IMG/VR virus record: IMGVR_UViG_3300050821_010673
Location: 3,325 to 67,324 of that record
Length of the DNA: 64,000 bases
From: a virus
Direction: 5' to 3' (one strand)
Each line of letters starts with the position of its first letter. Within the stretch, counting starts at the first letter, position 1. The translations under genes and the position numbers were made by a program. Shown piece by piece: positions 9,274 through 20,125 of this stretch. A model generated the notes under the pieces. The model was given only the letters and a program-made list of their open reading frames with translations. It was not told the origin of the DNA and searched no databases.

Positions 9274-11006
9274 TCCTCCTGACGCACCGTCTCCGGTCCG
9301 GCGGGTCTCCGCCGGTCGTCGTCCGTGGCAAGCCGGACGCCCGGCGGAACCTGTCGATCCTGACCGACATCGTCCGGTCCGGCGCCTTCCAGATCGCCCG
9401 TCGGATCGCCGAGACGTACGAGTCGCACCTGAACGTCGACCGGTTCCTGTACGTCTCGCCGGGAGCGATCGTTCACCCGCCGTTTCGGGAGCTCGAGACA
9501 GACGACTGGGATGTCGCCGCGGTCGTCTCGTCGATCGCGACCCGGCCGCTCGTCCCGATCGTCTTCTCCGGGATCGGCCGGATCGGGCTCGACGCCATAG
9601 CGTTCCGTCGGACGATCACGACGGACCGGATCGTCACCCGCTGGGTCGACCGGATCGAGTCCGGCACGACGCCGGACCCGGCTGTTGCGCTCGTCTGCGC
9701 GATCCGGGAGTGCGGCGGGGTCCTCCTGCACCTACCGGAGACCTACGACGGGACGCGCGGACGTCCATCCAGCAGGCTGTACGCCCCGGTCGTCGAGGTG
9801 CTTCGCCAGAGCGACGAACAACCAGCACTGGTCGTCGAACGGCCGGTCGAGAAGCCAGCGGAGGATCACGGACACGTTGGACGCCGTCCCGAGTGTCTCT
9901 GGGTTGGGCATCTGTTCCAGTACACGGGCTACGGAAAGGCGAACCGGGAGATCCTCTTCCGGGTCGCCAATACGGTGACGGTCCGGATCCACGACGAGCA
10001 CAAGGAACCCGTCTACGTCTCGAAGGACCTCGAGCTCCGGCTGGCGGCCCACAAGAACATCCTGGTCGGGCCCCGGGCGCCGCTCCTGCGACTTATGGGT
10101 CCCGACTACATCTCCGAGAAGGAACGCCATAGGATTGTCTGGACGATGCAGGAGTCCTCTCGTCGTGTACACGCCGACATGGTGAAGCGGGCGAACGAGA
10201 ACTTCGACGAGCTCTGGACGCCGTCCCAGTGGAACCTCGAGGTCTTCCGGGACTCCGGCGTCCGGATCCCGATGCAGGTCATGCGGCTCGGGGTCGACCC
10301 GCTGACGTACTTCCGGAGGCCGCCCGAGCCGCTGCCGGAGTGCCGCCTGATCTCGACCTCGAGGCGTGGTCTCCGCGGCGTCCCCGACGGCTTCACGTTC
10401 CTGACGATTGGGCTTCCAGGGTTCCGGAAAGGCTGGGACGTCCTGGCGGACGCCATGGAGCTGGCTTTCGGTGGCAGCCGGAAGGTCGCCCTCGTCATCG
10501 GCCTGACGCACGCCCCGGGCGCCTGGAAGGAGAAAGTCTACAAGCAGTTCGCCCGGTACAAGGTCCCGATCTGGACGCTAGAAGGCTCCTTCGACGAGCA
10601 TCAGCTGGCGAAGATCTACTCGTCGGTCGGGGCCTACGTCTCCGCGTCCCTCGGAGAGGGTTTCAACCTTCCGGCCATCGAGGCGGGATCCTGCGGGACG
10701 CCGGTCGTCGTCCCGTCGAACACCTGCCATCCGGAGCTCTTCCGGGAGTGCCTGATGTTTCCAACGGACGGAGAGAAAGTCTACCCGGAGGGCGACTGGA
10801 TCTCGGACTGGTACAAGGGGATGCTCTTCTCGAGGTTCGGGAAGAAGTCGATCCGGATCCTGTCGGGGATACTCGAGACTGTTCGTGAGGGAGGATCGAC
10901 CGTCACGGCGGCCCAGAGAGCGCTCACGAGGAGGATCCGGACGACTCTGACCTGGGATGAGGCCGCGGCGGCGGCGACGACGAGACTCCTGGAGGTCCAG
11001 CCATGA
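9270..11006 (+). CDS. glycosyltransferase family 4 (GT-B) with N-terminal extension
   Basis: TGYG, TPSQWN, RKGWD, SLGEGFNLPAIEAGSCGTPVV. Confidence 0.85.
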   Translation: MILLTHRLRSGGSPPVVVRGKPDARRNLSILTDIVRSGAFQIARRIAETYESHLNVDRFLYVSPGAIVHPPFRELETDDWDVAAVVSSIATRPLVPIVFSGIGRIGLDAIAFRRTITTDRIVTRWVDRIESGTTPDPAVALVCAIRECGGVLLHLPETYDGTRGRPSSRLYAPVVEVLRQSDEQPALVVERPVEKPAEDHGHVGRRPECLWVGHLFQYTGYGKANREILFRVANTVTVRIHDEHKEPVYVSKDLELRLAAHKNILVGPRAPLLRLMGPDYISEKERHRIVWTMQESSRRVHADMVKRANENFDELWTPSQWNLEVFRDSGVRIPMQVMRLGVDPLTYFRRPPEPLPECRLISTSRRGLRGVPDGFTFLTIGLPGFRKGWDVLADAMELAFGGSRKVALVIGLTHAPGAWKEKVYKQFARYKVPIWTLEGSFDEHQLAKIYSSVGAYVSASLGEGFNLPAIEAGSCGTPVVVPSNTCHPELFRECLMFPTDGEKVYPEGDWISDWYKGMLFSRFGKKSIRILSGILETVREGGSTVTAAQRALTRRIRTTLTWDEAAAAATTRLLEVQP

Positions 11007-11827
11007 TCGAGATCGAGGCGACCGGCGGACTTGGGGACATCTTCCGGGTCCTGCACGAGACGACGGCCTACGAGGACATTGAGCGACTCGGACCCGGCGA
11101 GACCGCTCGGGTTGTCCTGATCTCGCACAATCCGTTCTGCGACGAGATCTTCCGCTGGCACCCGAAGCACAGTCAGATCGAGGTCATCTCGTCTCGGTAT
11201 TTTTTCCACGAGTACAAGGACGCCGCCCGTAGACGGGACGCCGGGGTTCCAGAACGGGCCCCGGAGCCGCGCCCCCGGCGTGAACGCGCGCCGATCCGCT
11301 TCTACCCGTCCAGCGAAGACATGAAGGCGATCGAGGCTCGACTGCCGAACATCGACTTCCTGGCCGTCGCGCCGACTGCCTCCGGCATGGAGATCGAGAA
11401 CAGGAGCATCCCGCAGGGGATCCTGGAGCGGATCGCGTCGATTGCGAAGATCCGTGGCGTGCCGGTCGTCTTCCTCGGGCGGACCTACCCCGGTCCCCAC
11501 GCGCCTAAGGTCGACCCTCAGCGTCCCGTGAACTGGACCACGGTCGACCTGACGGACCGCCTGAGCGTCCCGGGGACAGCCGAGGTTCTTAAACGTGCCC
11601 GGGCGACCGTCTGCGCGCACTCGGCGCTCCTCCTGCTGTCCTGGTACGAGCGGAAGCCGAACTTCGTCACGTACCCTCCGAAGTACAAGACCCACGACTT
11701 CGACAACGACATCTCCCCGTTCGGATTCGGGAAGAACTACCCGGAGACCGTCCGGATGCTCTTCAGCGAGTTCACGCCGTCCCGGTTCGACGACTTCCTG
11801 ACGAAGAACTTCCCGAGGTCCATATGA
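11003..11827 (+). CDS. GT9-like glycosyltransferase
   Basis: GGLGD N-terminal motif, VDLTDRLS, HSAL. Confidence 0.6.
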   Translation: MIEIEATGGLGDIFRVLHETTAYEDIERLGPGETARVVLISHNPFCDEIFRWHPKHSQIEVISSRYFFHEYKDAARRRDAGVPERAPEPRPRRERAPIRFYPSSEDMKAIEARLPNIDFLAVAPTASGMEIENRSIPQGILERIASIAKIRGVPVVFLGRTYPGPHAPKVDPQRPVNWTTVDLTDRLSVPGTAEVLKRARATVCAHSALLLLSWYERKPNFVTYPPKYKTHDFDNDISPFGFGKNYPETVRMLFSEFTPSRFDDFLTKNFPRSI

Positions 11828-12465
11828 AGGCGTTCGTGGCGATCCCGACTCTGTCCCGGGCGGACCTGCTCGTCCGGAACCGGCCCTTCCTGGAGTCTGT
11901 CAAGTCGCCGGACCTCGCCATCGTCATCGACAACGGCAACCAGAAGATCGACATCGACGTCCCGGTCTACCGGCCGAACGGCTGCATGAGCGTCTCGGGG
12001 TCCTGGAACTACGCCCTCCGGAGGGCCTTCGTCGAGGGCCGCTTCGATCTGCTGGTCCTCCTGAACGACGACATCATCTGGGACTCCGGACGCCTGAAGG
12101 CCGCGAAGCATCTGGTCGCCGAACGCGGGGACGTCGATCTCTTCCTCTCCTTCCTGCAGTTCTCCGTCCAGGTCCACCGGCCGTCGAATCTCCGGTCGAT
12201 CGGCTACTACGACAACGACTTTCCGGCCTACTGCAACGACGACGACTACGCGATCCGGCTCGTCAAGTCCGACCGGACGTACGAGCGTTTCCAGGAGCTG
12301 GATCCGCTGCCCGGCAGCATCTCCGAGGGCACCCCAAAGGCCATCCCCTGGAAGGAGGCCAACCGAAAGCTCTTCGAGAAGTGGGGCGCGGAGGCTTTCG
12401 GGATCAACATCCCATACGCCCCGTACTACCGGACGAATCGTGGAGTGAGGAAATTTTCCGTTTGA
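11824..12465 (+). CDS. GT2-like glycosyltransferase
   Basis: IPTL, IDNG, SWN, LLNDD, GYYD..F.AY..D.DY. Confidence 0.8.
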   Translation: MKAFVAIPTLSRADLLVRNRPFLESVKSPDLAIVIDNGNQKIDIDVPVYRPNGCMSVSGSWNYALRRAFVEGRFDLLVLLNDDIIWDSGRLKAAKHLVAERGDVDLFLSFLQFSVQVHRPSNLRSIGYYDNDFPAYCNDDDYAIRLVKSDRTYERFQELDPLPGSISEGTPKAIPWKEANRKLFEKWGAEAFGINIPYAPYYRTNRGVRKFSV

Positions 12466-12489
12466 CATTCAGATGTACAATGCTATCAT
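12462..12489 (+). promoter_or_regulatory. sigma70 promoter, probably for a leaderless mRNA
   Basis: TTGACA-16-TATCAT with TG extension; ATG 6 nt downstream. Confidence 0.55.
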
Positions 12490-12495
12490 CATAGT

Positions 12496-12624
12496 ATGAA
12501 GACAGTTCAGCTGCCAATATGGAAGTGCCGGAGGCCGAAATGCGGCCATCAGTGGATTGGAAGGAAGCCCGGGCGTCCGGTCGAGTGCCCGAAGTGCAAG
12601 CGTCGTGACTGGGACAAAAAGTAG
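12496..12624 (+). CDS. 42-aa Zn-ribbon protein (absent from ORF track)
   Basis: MKTVQLPIWKCRRPKCGHQWIGRKPGRPVECPKCKRRDWDKK. Confidence 0.7.
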   Translation: MKTVQLPIWKCRRPKCGHQWIGRKPGRPVECPKCKRRDWDKK

Positions 12625-12634
12625 GAGGTTTCCG

Positions 12635-13429
12635 ATGAGAACCCTGATCGCCGTGCTCTTTCTCGCGCTGCCTGTGCTCGCTGATGAGGTCGTCTGCAAG
12701 GACGGCCGGAAGATCGAATTCCACTCGGTCGAGGACACCGGGGAGACCTACACGATCGTCACCCCGGAGGGCGGCCGGATCGTCGTCAAGCGCGCCGAGG
12801 TCGAGGGTTTCGCGAAGACCGAGCCTGCGGTCGTCCTGACCGGCGCCGCGGTGTCCTTCGACAAGAAGTCGAAGCTCGACGTCGTCGACCTCCTGAAGAA
12901 GGTCTCCCTGGACCGGGACGCCCTCGACGGCTCCTGGAAGTTCGTCGGCGGAACTCTAGTCGGCTCGGCGGGCCCGGAGGGGGCTGCGCGTCTGCAGATC
13001 GTCGCGCCGACCGGCGCCGACGAGTACAACCTGTCCCTGACGATCGAGCGGACCGAGGGCGACGACAATGTCGGGATCGGCTTCCTGACGCCCGCCGGTC
13101 AGGCGATGGTCCATCTCGACACGGACCGGGGCGCCTATACGGGCCTCCTGTCCCCGGAGGGGACCGGCCACCGGAAGGTCGCCTCGGCGCCCGGCAAGCA
13201 GCTGACGCCCGGGAAGGTCCGGACGGTCGTCCTCCTGGTCCGCCGGTCCGGTCTCGTCGTCCAGGTCGACGGCCGGGACATCCTGACGGCGAAGGTCGAC
13301 TGGTCCCGCGTCGCGATCCTGCCGCAGTGCGCGCCGAACCAGAAGGACGCCTTCACGCTCTTCGCCCTGAAGTCCGGGATCCGGATCTCCCGGGCGACGG
13401 TCTCGACGGTCTCGGCGGGTGGGAAATGA
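12635..13429 (+). CDS. secreted beta-rich protein
   Basis: Signal peptide MRTLIAVLFLALPVLA-DEVVCKDG; AGGAGG RBS. Confidence 0.7.
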   Translation: MRTLIAVLFLALPVLADEVVCKDGRKIEFHSVEDTGETYTIVTPEGGRIVVKRAEVEGFAKTEPAVVLTGAAVSFDKKSKLDVVDLLKKVSLDRDALDGSWKFVGGTLVGSAGPEGAARLQIVAPTGADEYNLSLTIERTEGDDNVGIGFLTPAGQAMVHLDTDRGAYTGLLSPEGTGHRKVASAPGKQLTPGKVRTVVLLVRRSGLVVQVDGRDILTAKVDWSRVAILPQCAPNQKDAFTLFALKSGIRISRATVSTVSAGGK

Positions 13430-14109
13430 CCAGGGGCAACGTCATCGTCACGGCGATCTTCGGGGACGCCTACTGGCGCCTAGCCGACGTCTCGCTCCCG
13501 ACGATCCGGGCCTACGCGAATCGACTGAAAGTCGACCTCGTCGTTCTGGAGAAGCGCCGCTTCCCGGACCGGCACCCGTACTGGGAGAAGTTCGCCTCGG
13601 CGGACCTTCTGACCGTCTACGAGCGCGTCTGCTGGATCGACGTCGACGCGATCGTGAACCCGTCGGCGCCGTCGATCTTCGAGGCCGCCCCGGCGGACGC
13701 CTTCTCGGCCTTCGACGAGGGAAAGGTTTTCGTCGACCGCCAGGAGCAGCTCCTGAAGGACGCGGAATTCTACGGGGCCGACGAGAGTAAGATCTCCTCC
13801 TGGGCGCACCGGTACTTCAACATCGGCGTCATGGTCTTCGGCAGGTCCCACGCGGACCTCTTCCGGCAGCCTTCGGTCGCGAAAAAGAGCTCGATCATGC
13901 CCGAGCAGACGTACCTGAACCTCGGGCTGGTGATGAAGAGGACTCGCTGTCACGACCTGACCTCGATCTGGAACGGCCTCCACTCGATCCACGACGAGCA
14001 CGACCGGAAACACCTGAACGTCGTCCACTACGCGGGCTGGCCTCGGACGACCCTCTGGGTCGAGACGATGACGGAACAGATGAAGGCGGACCTGGAGAAC
14101 TGGTCATGA
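13426..14109 (+). CDS. GT8-like glycosyltransferase
   Basis: WEKF, WIDVD (DxD), YFNIGVM, EQTYLN, VHYAG. Confidence 0.8.
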   Translation: MTRGNVIVTAIFGDAYWRLADVSLPTIRAYANRLKVDLVVLEKRRFPDRHPYWEKFASADLLTVYERVCWIDVDAIVNPSAPSIFEAAPADAFSAFDEGKVFVDRQEQLLKDAEFYGADESKISSWAHRYFNIGVMVFGRSHADLFRQPSVAKKSSIMPEQTYLNLGLVMKRTRCHDLTSIWNGLHSIHDEHDRKHLNVVHYAGWPRTTLWVETMTEQMKADLENWS

Positions 14110-14831
14110 CGCTCCGGAACCTCCTCTTCCACTGCTACCCGGTCCGTGAGACGCTCTGGCCCTGGCACGTCGAGCGCCTGCTCGCGTACCGGCCAATCTG
14201 GAACGGGCGCCGGATCGTCGTCCTGGCCCTCGACGAGAAGACCGCGCCGGAGGACGAGCTGCGGGCCGCCTTCGCGCCGATGGACGCGGAGATCCTGGTC
14301 CGACGGAACATCCCGGCGCTCGCCGAGACGGCTCACTTCGTCGAGGCGCTCGGTCGTCTGGCGTCCCTCAGATCCGACGAGACGACCTTCTACGCGCACG
14401 CGAAGGGCGTCACGAAGACCGAGAAGTTCCGCGAGCCGGTCCGGCGCTGGACGGACCTGCTGTACCGGGCGACCCTGTCGTTCCCGGACCTGATCGACCG
14501 TCGGCTGGAGCTGTACGGGACCGTCGGTTGTCTTCGCTGGACGCACCTGAAAGTCAAGCCGCTCCGGACGGGCTGGTGCTGGGCCGGGACCTTCTTCTGG
14601 GTCCGGCACGACCTGCTGTTCGCCCGGGACTGGCGCCGGATCGCCCAGGAGGTCTACGGCGTCGAGGACTACCCGAGCTGGCAGTTCTCGCGCGACGAGA
14701 GCTCCTGCCTGACCCGCGAGGAGATCACCCCGGAGGAGCTCTACGGCGGGATCGTTGACAAGCGGTTTATCGACGAGACGATGATTCCACTGGAACTCGA
14801 GAACCGGAATCTCCGGGCTGGTGTGAGATGA
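14106..14831 (+). CDS. putative glycosyltransferase-like protein
   Basis: FYAHAKG, GTFFW motifs; lies within the GT cluster. Confidence 0.55.
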   Translation: MTLRNLLFHCYPVRETLWPWHVERLLAYRPIWNGRRIVVLALDEKTAPEDELRAAFAPMDAEILVRRNIPALAETAHFVEALGRLASLRSDETTFYAHAKGVTKTEKFREPVRRWTDLLYRATLSFPDLIDRRLELYGTVGCLRWTHLKVKPLRTGWCWAGTFFWVRHDLLFARDWRRIAQEVYGVEDYPSWQFSRDESSCLTREEITPEELYGGIVDKRFIDETMIPLELENRNLRAGVR

Positions 14832-16012
14832 GCGAGGACGAGGCGGTCACCAGGATGGAGGCTGTTAAGGGCTGGCTCTCGGGGCCGGAGGCCCGAGCGC
14901 TCTACCGATCCGCCGTCGTCGCTTTGGCCCGGTACACGCCCGGAACGATCGTCGAGATCGGAAGTTACCACGGACGCTCGACGGTCGTCCTGGCGTCGGC
15001 GGCCAAGGACGTCGGTCACGGCGCTCGCGTCTTCGCAATCGATCCTCACGATGGAGTCCTGACCGGACTTCAGGTCGACCCTAGCTGGGAATCGTTCCTG
15101 GAGAACATCGATCAGTCCGGGCTCTCCGAGTTCGTCGTTCCGCTGCGAAAGCCTTCATTCGAGGTGGAACTGTCGTCGTCGGACCGGATCGCCCTGCTTC
15201 TGATCGATGGCCTGCACGACGCCGCCTCGGTCGCGGCGGATTACTCGCACTTCGGCTCGCAGGTTCCAGTCGGAGGCCTCGTCGCTTTCCACGACTACTG
15301 GAATCCGGACTACCCGGGCGTCCGGCACGTCGTCGATGCTCGGATCGCCGACGGGTCGCTCCGTCTTTTCGCCGCGCCGCCGAAGCCCTCCCAGGCCAAC
15401 AGCCTGATCGTCACGCAGAAGATGCCACGGCTCTCGATCATCGTGCCGACCTGCGGACGTCCTTGTCTCCAGACGGCGCTCGAGAGCCTCGTCGCGGCCG
15501 GGGCTCTCCCGACCGACGAGGTGATCGTCGTCGGCGACGGCCCGCAGCCTGCGGCCCGTGCGATCGTCGAGGCGTTCCCGTCGAAGAGCCTCTGGATCCG
15601 CTACCTCGAGCACGGACCGACTCACGTCAATGGCATCGCCCAGCGGAACTACGCGATGCCAATGGCATCCGGGACGCACCTGATGTTCCTCGACGACGAC
15701 GACCGGTCCGCCGAGGGAGGGGTTCGTGCTATCCGTCAGGAGATCGTCGAGAGTCCGGACCGGCCGCTGATCTTCAAGGAGGAGTCCCGGACGCCACGAC
15801 ACCCATGGGGAGTCGTCTGGAAGGACAAGGAGATCCGCTCCGGCAATGTTGGCACGCAGGGCATCGTCGTCCCGAACGTCCCGGAGCGCCTCGGCCGCTG
15901 GGGCAATTCCTACGAGGGAGACTACGACTTCGTCCGGACGACGGTCGACTTGTACCCGAACCGAGACAAAGACGTCGTCTGGGTCGACAAAATCGTCGCG
16001 TACCTGCACTGA
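14828..16012 (+). CDS. class I SAM methyltransferase (Methyltransf_24-like) fused to GT2
   Basis: VEIGSYHGRS, IDGLH, FHDY; then SIIVPT, VGDG, RN, FLDDDD. Confidence 0.85.
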   Translation: MSEDEAVTRMEAVKGWLSGPEARALYRSAVVALARYTPGTIVEIGSYHGRSTVVLASAAKDVGHGARVFAIDPHDGVLTGLQVDPSWESFLENIDQSGLSEFVVPLRKPSFEVELSSSDRIALLLIDGLHDAASVAADYSHFGSQVPVGGLVAFHDYWNPDYPGVRHVVDARIADGSLRLFAAPPKPSQANSLIVTQKMPRLSIIVPTCGRPCLQTALESLVAAGALPTDEVIVVGDGPQPAARAIVEAFPSKSLWIRYLEHGPTHVNGIAQRNYAMPMASGTHLMFLDDDDRSAEGGVRAIRQEIVESPDRPLIFKEESRTPRHPWGVVWKDKEIRSGNVGTQGIVVPNVPERLGRWGNSYEGDYDFVRTTVDLYPNRDKDVVWVDKIVAYLH

Positions 16013-16020
16013 GTGAACGA

Positions 16021-16395
16021 ATGATGAACTACGTCTGGATCCCTGCACTCGCGATTGTCGTCGTCATCACGGTGATGGTCATCTTGAACTTGGTCCGGGC
16101 AAATCCGTGTGCCTTCGGCCTCCACAAGAAGCGCTACGTCGCGATCGTCGATCTCGAGCACTGTGTCCATAGAACGAGCTGGGGGATCTACTGCAGAAAA
16201 CAGTCATCGGAGTGCCCCTACGCACACCGGTACCATGCCCAGGCCGCCCGGTGGGTGTGTAGCGGGAACGAGTGTGCCACCACGGGGTCGGAATGCGTCG
16301 ACAAGCCGGGGCTCTGGCTAATCGAACACGGCGCCCTGGTCCCCGACGAGAAGCGTCTGATCGCGTGGCAGGACAAACTGAATTTACATTACTGA
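16021..16395 (+). CDS. membrane protein, Cys/His-rich
   Basis: N-terminal TM helix. Confidence 0.55.
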   Translation: MMNYVWIPALAIVVVITVMVILNLVRANPCAFGLHKKRYVAIVDLEHCVHRTSWGIYCRKQSSECPYAHRYHAQAARWVCSGNECATTGSECVDKPGLWLIEHGALVPDEKRLIAWQDKLNLHY

Positions 16396-16417
16396 TCGGA
16401 AAGAAGAGAGGGCAACT

Positions 16418-17074
16418 ATGGATCCGCTCGCGCTGACCCCGGAGTCCGTCGCCGATGAACTAGCCGAGAGTCGTGCCACGCTCAGGCGCTTCGAGGAACG
16501 CATCATTGAACTCGCCAAGGACAGTGCCAGTCTCAAGGCCCTCGTCTCCGAGAAGAACACCCAGATCGTCCGTCTCGAGGCCGAGAATGTCCGCCTGAAG
16601 ATGACGCGGACCGACGCCGAGCTCGGGAAGCAGGTCGACGGCCTCCGAATCGAGGTCGGCAAGAAGGACCGCGAGCTGGTCGACCTTCGTCGGGCCGTCG
16701 AGAAGTACCAGGGGAACGAGAAGATACTCCTGGGTCGCGCGCTGCTGGCCGAGCAGAAGACCCTGGCGTTCCAGAACACGCTCATCACGGCCCAGGTCGC
16801 CCGGGACGCCGCCCAGGCCCGCGAGCAGGAGGCGAAGGACTCCGCCGACGAGCGCGTCGAGGAGCAGAACCAGCTGCGCCTGGAGGCCGTCCGCGGCATG
16901 GTCTCCGCCGTCGACCGGTCCGGGAAGCTCGACCAGAAGGTCCTGGACCTTCTGAAGGTCGTCCAGGCCGCTGCGAAGGTCGTCCCGCTCCTGCCGCCCG
17001 GACTCGTCAAGTCCAGCAAGGACGTCCAGGTCTTTGTCTCGAGCCTGAAGAAACTCGATCCGAAGGCGACGTGA
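16418..17074 (+). CDS. coiled-coil protein
   Basis: Heptad-rich charged sequence. Confidence 0.65.
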   Translation: MDPLALTPESVADELAESRATLRRFEERIIELAKDSASLKALVSEKNTQIVRLEAENVRLKMTRTDAELGKQVDGLRIEVGKKDRELVDLRRAVEKYQGNEKILLGRALLAEQKTLAFQNTLITAQVARDAAQAREQEAKDSADERVEEQNQLRLEAVRGMVSAVDRSGKLDQKVLDLLKVVQAAAKVVPLLPPGLVKSSKDVQVFVSSLKKLDPKAT

Positions 17075-17334
17075 AGAAGTTCGAGTTCCTCCGGCGCTGG
17101 GCGAAGAAGGCGACCGCCGGTGGCTCCGTCGAGGCCTTCGAGCGCGACACCGAGACACTGATGCGGACGACGATCCGAATGACAGTCTCGGCAATTACGA
17201 ACGGAATGTTGGAGGCTGCTAAGGATCTCAGTGGGAACGAGCGGAAGATGATCGACGGAATTGCCCGTCGGATCCCGGAGTCCGTCGAGAACGCACTCAA
17301 GCAGCTGTACGAGTAGAAGAAGAAGGAGAGGTTA

Positions 17335-18111
17335 ATGCATAGGGTAAGTCCGAAGGTTTGGCTTATCGGCGAGACGAAACTCGACTACGAGACAATCGAG
17401 ACGTATCTGGCGTCAGTCGGTGCAGAAGGATGGGATTCCGACGGCTGGAGCGACTCAGACGTTCTGTCCGAGCTCATGGGTCGGCTTTGCTATCGTTCCT
17501 GGAAGCCCGGCCTGAACGCCAATGTCACGAAGGTCCGCGAGGGGAATTCTCCGTACCTGAAAAACATCATCGCTTCCGGACACGGCTCAGTTCTCGAGCA
17601 CGGATCGTCGAACTGGCTCATCCAGGACGTCTCGCGCGTCTTTACGCACGAGCTCGTCCGTCATCGCGCCGGGACAGCCTTCAGTCAGGAGTCGATGCGC
17701 TACGTCCGGCTGGACGATCTCGGCCTCTGGATGCCTCCGGAGGCCGAGGAGATTCCAGGTCTCGTCGAGATGTGCGAGGCGAAGGTTCGGTCCGACGAGG
17801 CGTTCCTGAAGCAGCTGTCCGTGACGCTGGACCTTGACGGACCCGGCCGGAGCTTCGAATACAAGAAGAAGTGGACGTCCTTCATGCGACGCTTCGCTCC
17901 GGACGGAATGGCGACTGCGATCGGCTTCACGATCAATCACCGTGCGCTCCGGCATGTCCTGGAACTTCGGACCTCGAAGGGTGCCGAGGTCGAGATCAGA
18001 GAGGTATTCGACAATATCGCATTCATCGCAACATGTCAGTGGCCCGCACTATTTCAGGACTTTAGTCGCAACGACGATGGGGAGTGGATTTCCGGAGCGA
18101 AGAAGATATGA
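17335..18111 (+). CDS. thyX: FAD-dependent thymidylate synthase
   Basis: GHGSVLEH, SRVFTHELVRHR...SQESMRY, EIR. Confidence 0.95.
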   Translation: MHRVSPKVWLIGETKLDYETIETYLASVGAEGWDSDGWSDSDVLSELMGRLCYRSWKPGLNANVTKVREGNSPYLKNIIASGHGSVLEHGSSNWLIQDVSRVFTHELVRHRAGTAFSQESMRYVRLDDLGLWMPPEAEEIPGLVEMCEAKVRSDEAFLKQLSVTLDLDGPGRSFEYKKKWTSFMRRFAPDGMATAIGFTINHRALRHVLELRTSKGAEVEIREVFDNIAFIATCQWPALFQDFSRNDDGEWISGAKKI

Positions 18112-18344
18112 GCACCGAGAAGATCAACCATCCCGCCCATTACGGAGGTGACACGACGTACGAAGCGATCAAGGTGATCGAGGCTTGGGAGCTCGGATTC
18201 TGCCTCGGAAATACCGTGAAGTACATATCGCGCGCTGGGAAGAAGGATCCGGCGGCGACCATCGACGATCTGAAGAAGGCTCGCTGGTATCTCGACCGTC
18301 AGATCCAAAACCTTGAGAAGGGAAATACAAATGCCAAAACCTGA
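18108..18344 (+). CDS. DUF3310-like phage protein
   Basis: INHPAHY, FCLGNTVKYISRAGKK, DLKKARWYL. Confidence 0.85.
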   Translation: MSTEKINHPAHYGGDTTYEAIKVIEAWELGFCLGNTVKYISRAGKKDPAATIDDLKKARWYLDRQIQNLEKGNTNAKT

Positions 18345-18609
18345 CAAGATGGTCGCGGAGATCGGAGCGTTCACGATCTTTCGTAAGTCCGACTCGCAGG
18401 AGTACGAGATCGTCGGTCCGGCAGTTCAGAACTCTCCTCTTGCCTATACGATGGTTCGGACGACACCGGATCGTCTAGCCAAGATCCTTAGCATTGTCCG
18501 TCTTGACGCTCGGAACTCGAAGTGACCGTGTACACCGTGACTTGGCACAGAAGAATAGAAGAGTGCCGTAGAAACTCGAATTGCAGAACTTAGCGTCGAG
18601 GGAAGACAA

Positions 18610-19098
18610 ATGAGTCTCGAAGAGCATGTCAAGGCCGTCCAGCGGTATATGGTGGCAGAAGAGAAAGTGCGACAGCTAGAACTTCAGATTAGTGAAGTCT
18701 GGGAGCTACTGGACTCCATGCCCAGCGGTCCCGGTGAGGGGGCGGTGTCTTGTGAGTCTGAAGTTCGGGACCAGATTGCATGGTCAGACAAGTATCGAGC
18801 CCTGAAACTTAAGCACGGTATTACCGAACATCCAAGGTGTCATTGGGACGGAGGAACGGTCCCATGTGACTACCAGAAGCCATGCCCGGATCATAGCTGC
18901 GCCTGCTGTAGGGCGGTGGCGAAGCGCGGAGACAAATGCCTGAAGTGCGGTGGTTTCGCGGAAAAGCCAAAGAATGAGATGGGGCAGTACGAGGGCCTTA
19001 CAAGCAAACTCGCCCCAGAGCATCCGTTCACGGCGACCGAGTTGAAGGCGCTTCAGGACTCGCCGCACAAGGTCGCCGAAAAGCGGAAGGAGGACTGA
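18610..19098 (+). CDS. Cys-rich hypothetical protein
   Basis: ORF downstream of a family A site. Confidence 0.5.
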   Translation: MSLEEHVKAVQRYMVAEEKVRQLELQISEVWELLDSMPSGPGEGAVSCESEVRDQIAWSDKYRALKLKHGITEHPRCHWDGGTVPCDYQKPCPDHSCACCRAVAKRGDKCLKCGGFAEKPKNEMGQYEGLTSKLAPEHPFTATELKALQDSPHKVAEKRKED

Positions 19099-20125
19099 CA
19101 AATGCAATGGTGCCATAAGTGCAACGAGCCGCACGACTATGTTTACTACCACGTCGCGCTGATCCCTTGGGGCTTGGACGAAGACTAGACGGAAGAACGC
19201 TATGGCGAAGACGGAAACCGAAAAGGAAGCTGAACGACTTCGTCAGCTTCAGGACCGGAAGCAGCGGGATCGGGTCTGCCACGAATCAGGCTGCGACCAC
19301 CACGGCCACCAGAAGAGGGCCGGATGGTGGTACTGCATTCGGCATCTTGGCGGGATTTCCTGAGTACCGAGGAACGTATGGCGAGACTAAAACTCCGGTG
19401 CTATGTCTGCGGGAAGCTGCTCTCGAAGCTGGGAGACTTCGCGCTCGTCTCTCCGAGTCCAAGCGCGGTTGATCGGGCCTTTGTGGTGCATGGCGGGGAT
19501 TGCTTGAAGCGGGTTCGAGAGGACCATCCCCACGTTGAAGTTCGACTGCACGGATGAGCTATAGAGGGATTGACATATGGAACCTGTGAGCCCGATTTGC
19601 ACCTGCGGCCATCCGATGCACCAGCATTGCGGCGATGGGTGCTACGTCATCGTGAACAGGGAGAGCGGCCTAAAGGAAGTGTTCTGCGCCTGCAAAGTGT
19701 CGGGCGGCCAGTACGATCCGGATCGTGATTCATGACATTGGACGTTCTCCCTTGCCGCCGTAAGCACCGATACCCGAGGACTTGGATGTACTCCATTGGA
19801 AGGTCGTTCCGTACTCGCTTCTGCAAACGCTGCCTTGAACAGGATTGGCAGGAACTTCGCGGCGGTCGTTATCTGAATCCCATTACCCAAGAAGGACGTA
19901 AGCCGTGACCTATAGGACAAAGCAGAAGTGGCGGCTCTGGTGCCTCCATCTCCCGGCCTTCATCGTGTGCTGTATTCCGGTTGGCCTGTGGTGGGCATGG
20001 GCGGCGTTCCTTGAACACTGGGACGAGGCTCTCCTATGGGCCGATGGCGTCGACGACTGGAACGCCAAGCATCCGGAGGATCAGTACCGTGGTTCGTAAT
20101 TCCAGCGATAGGAAGGCATAGAATC

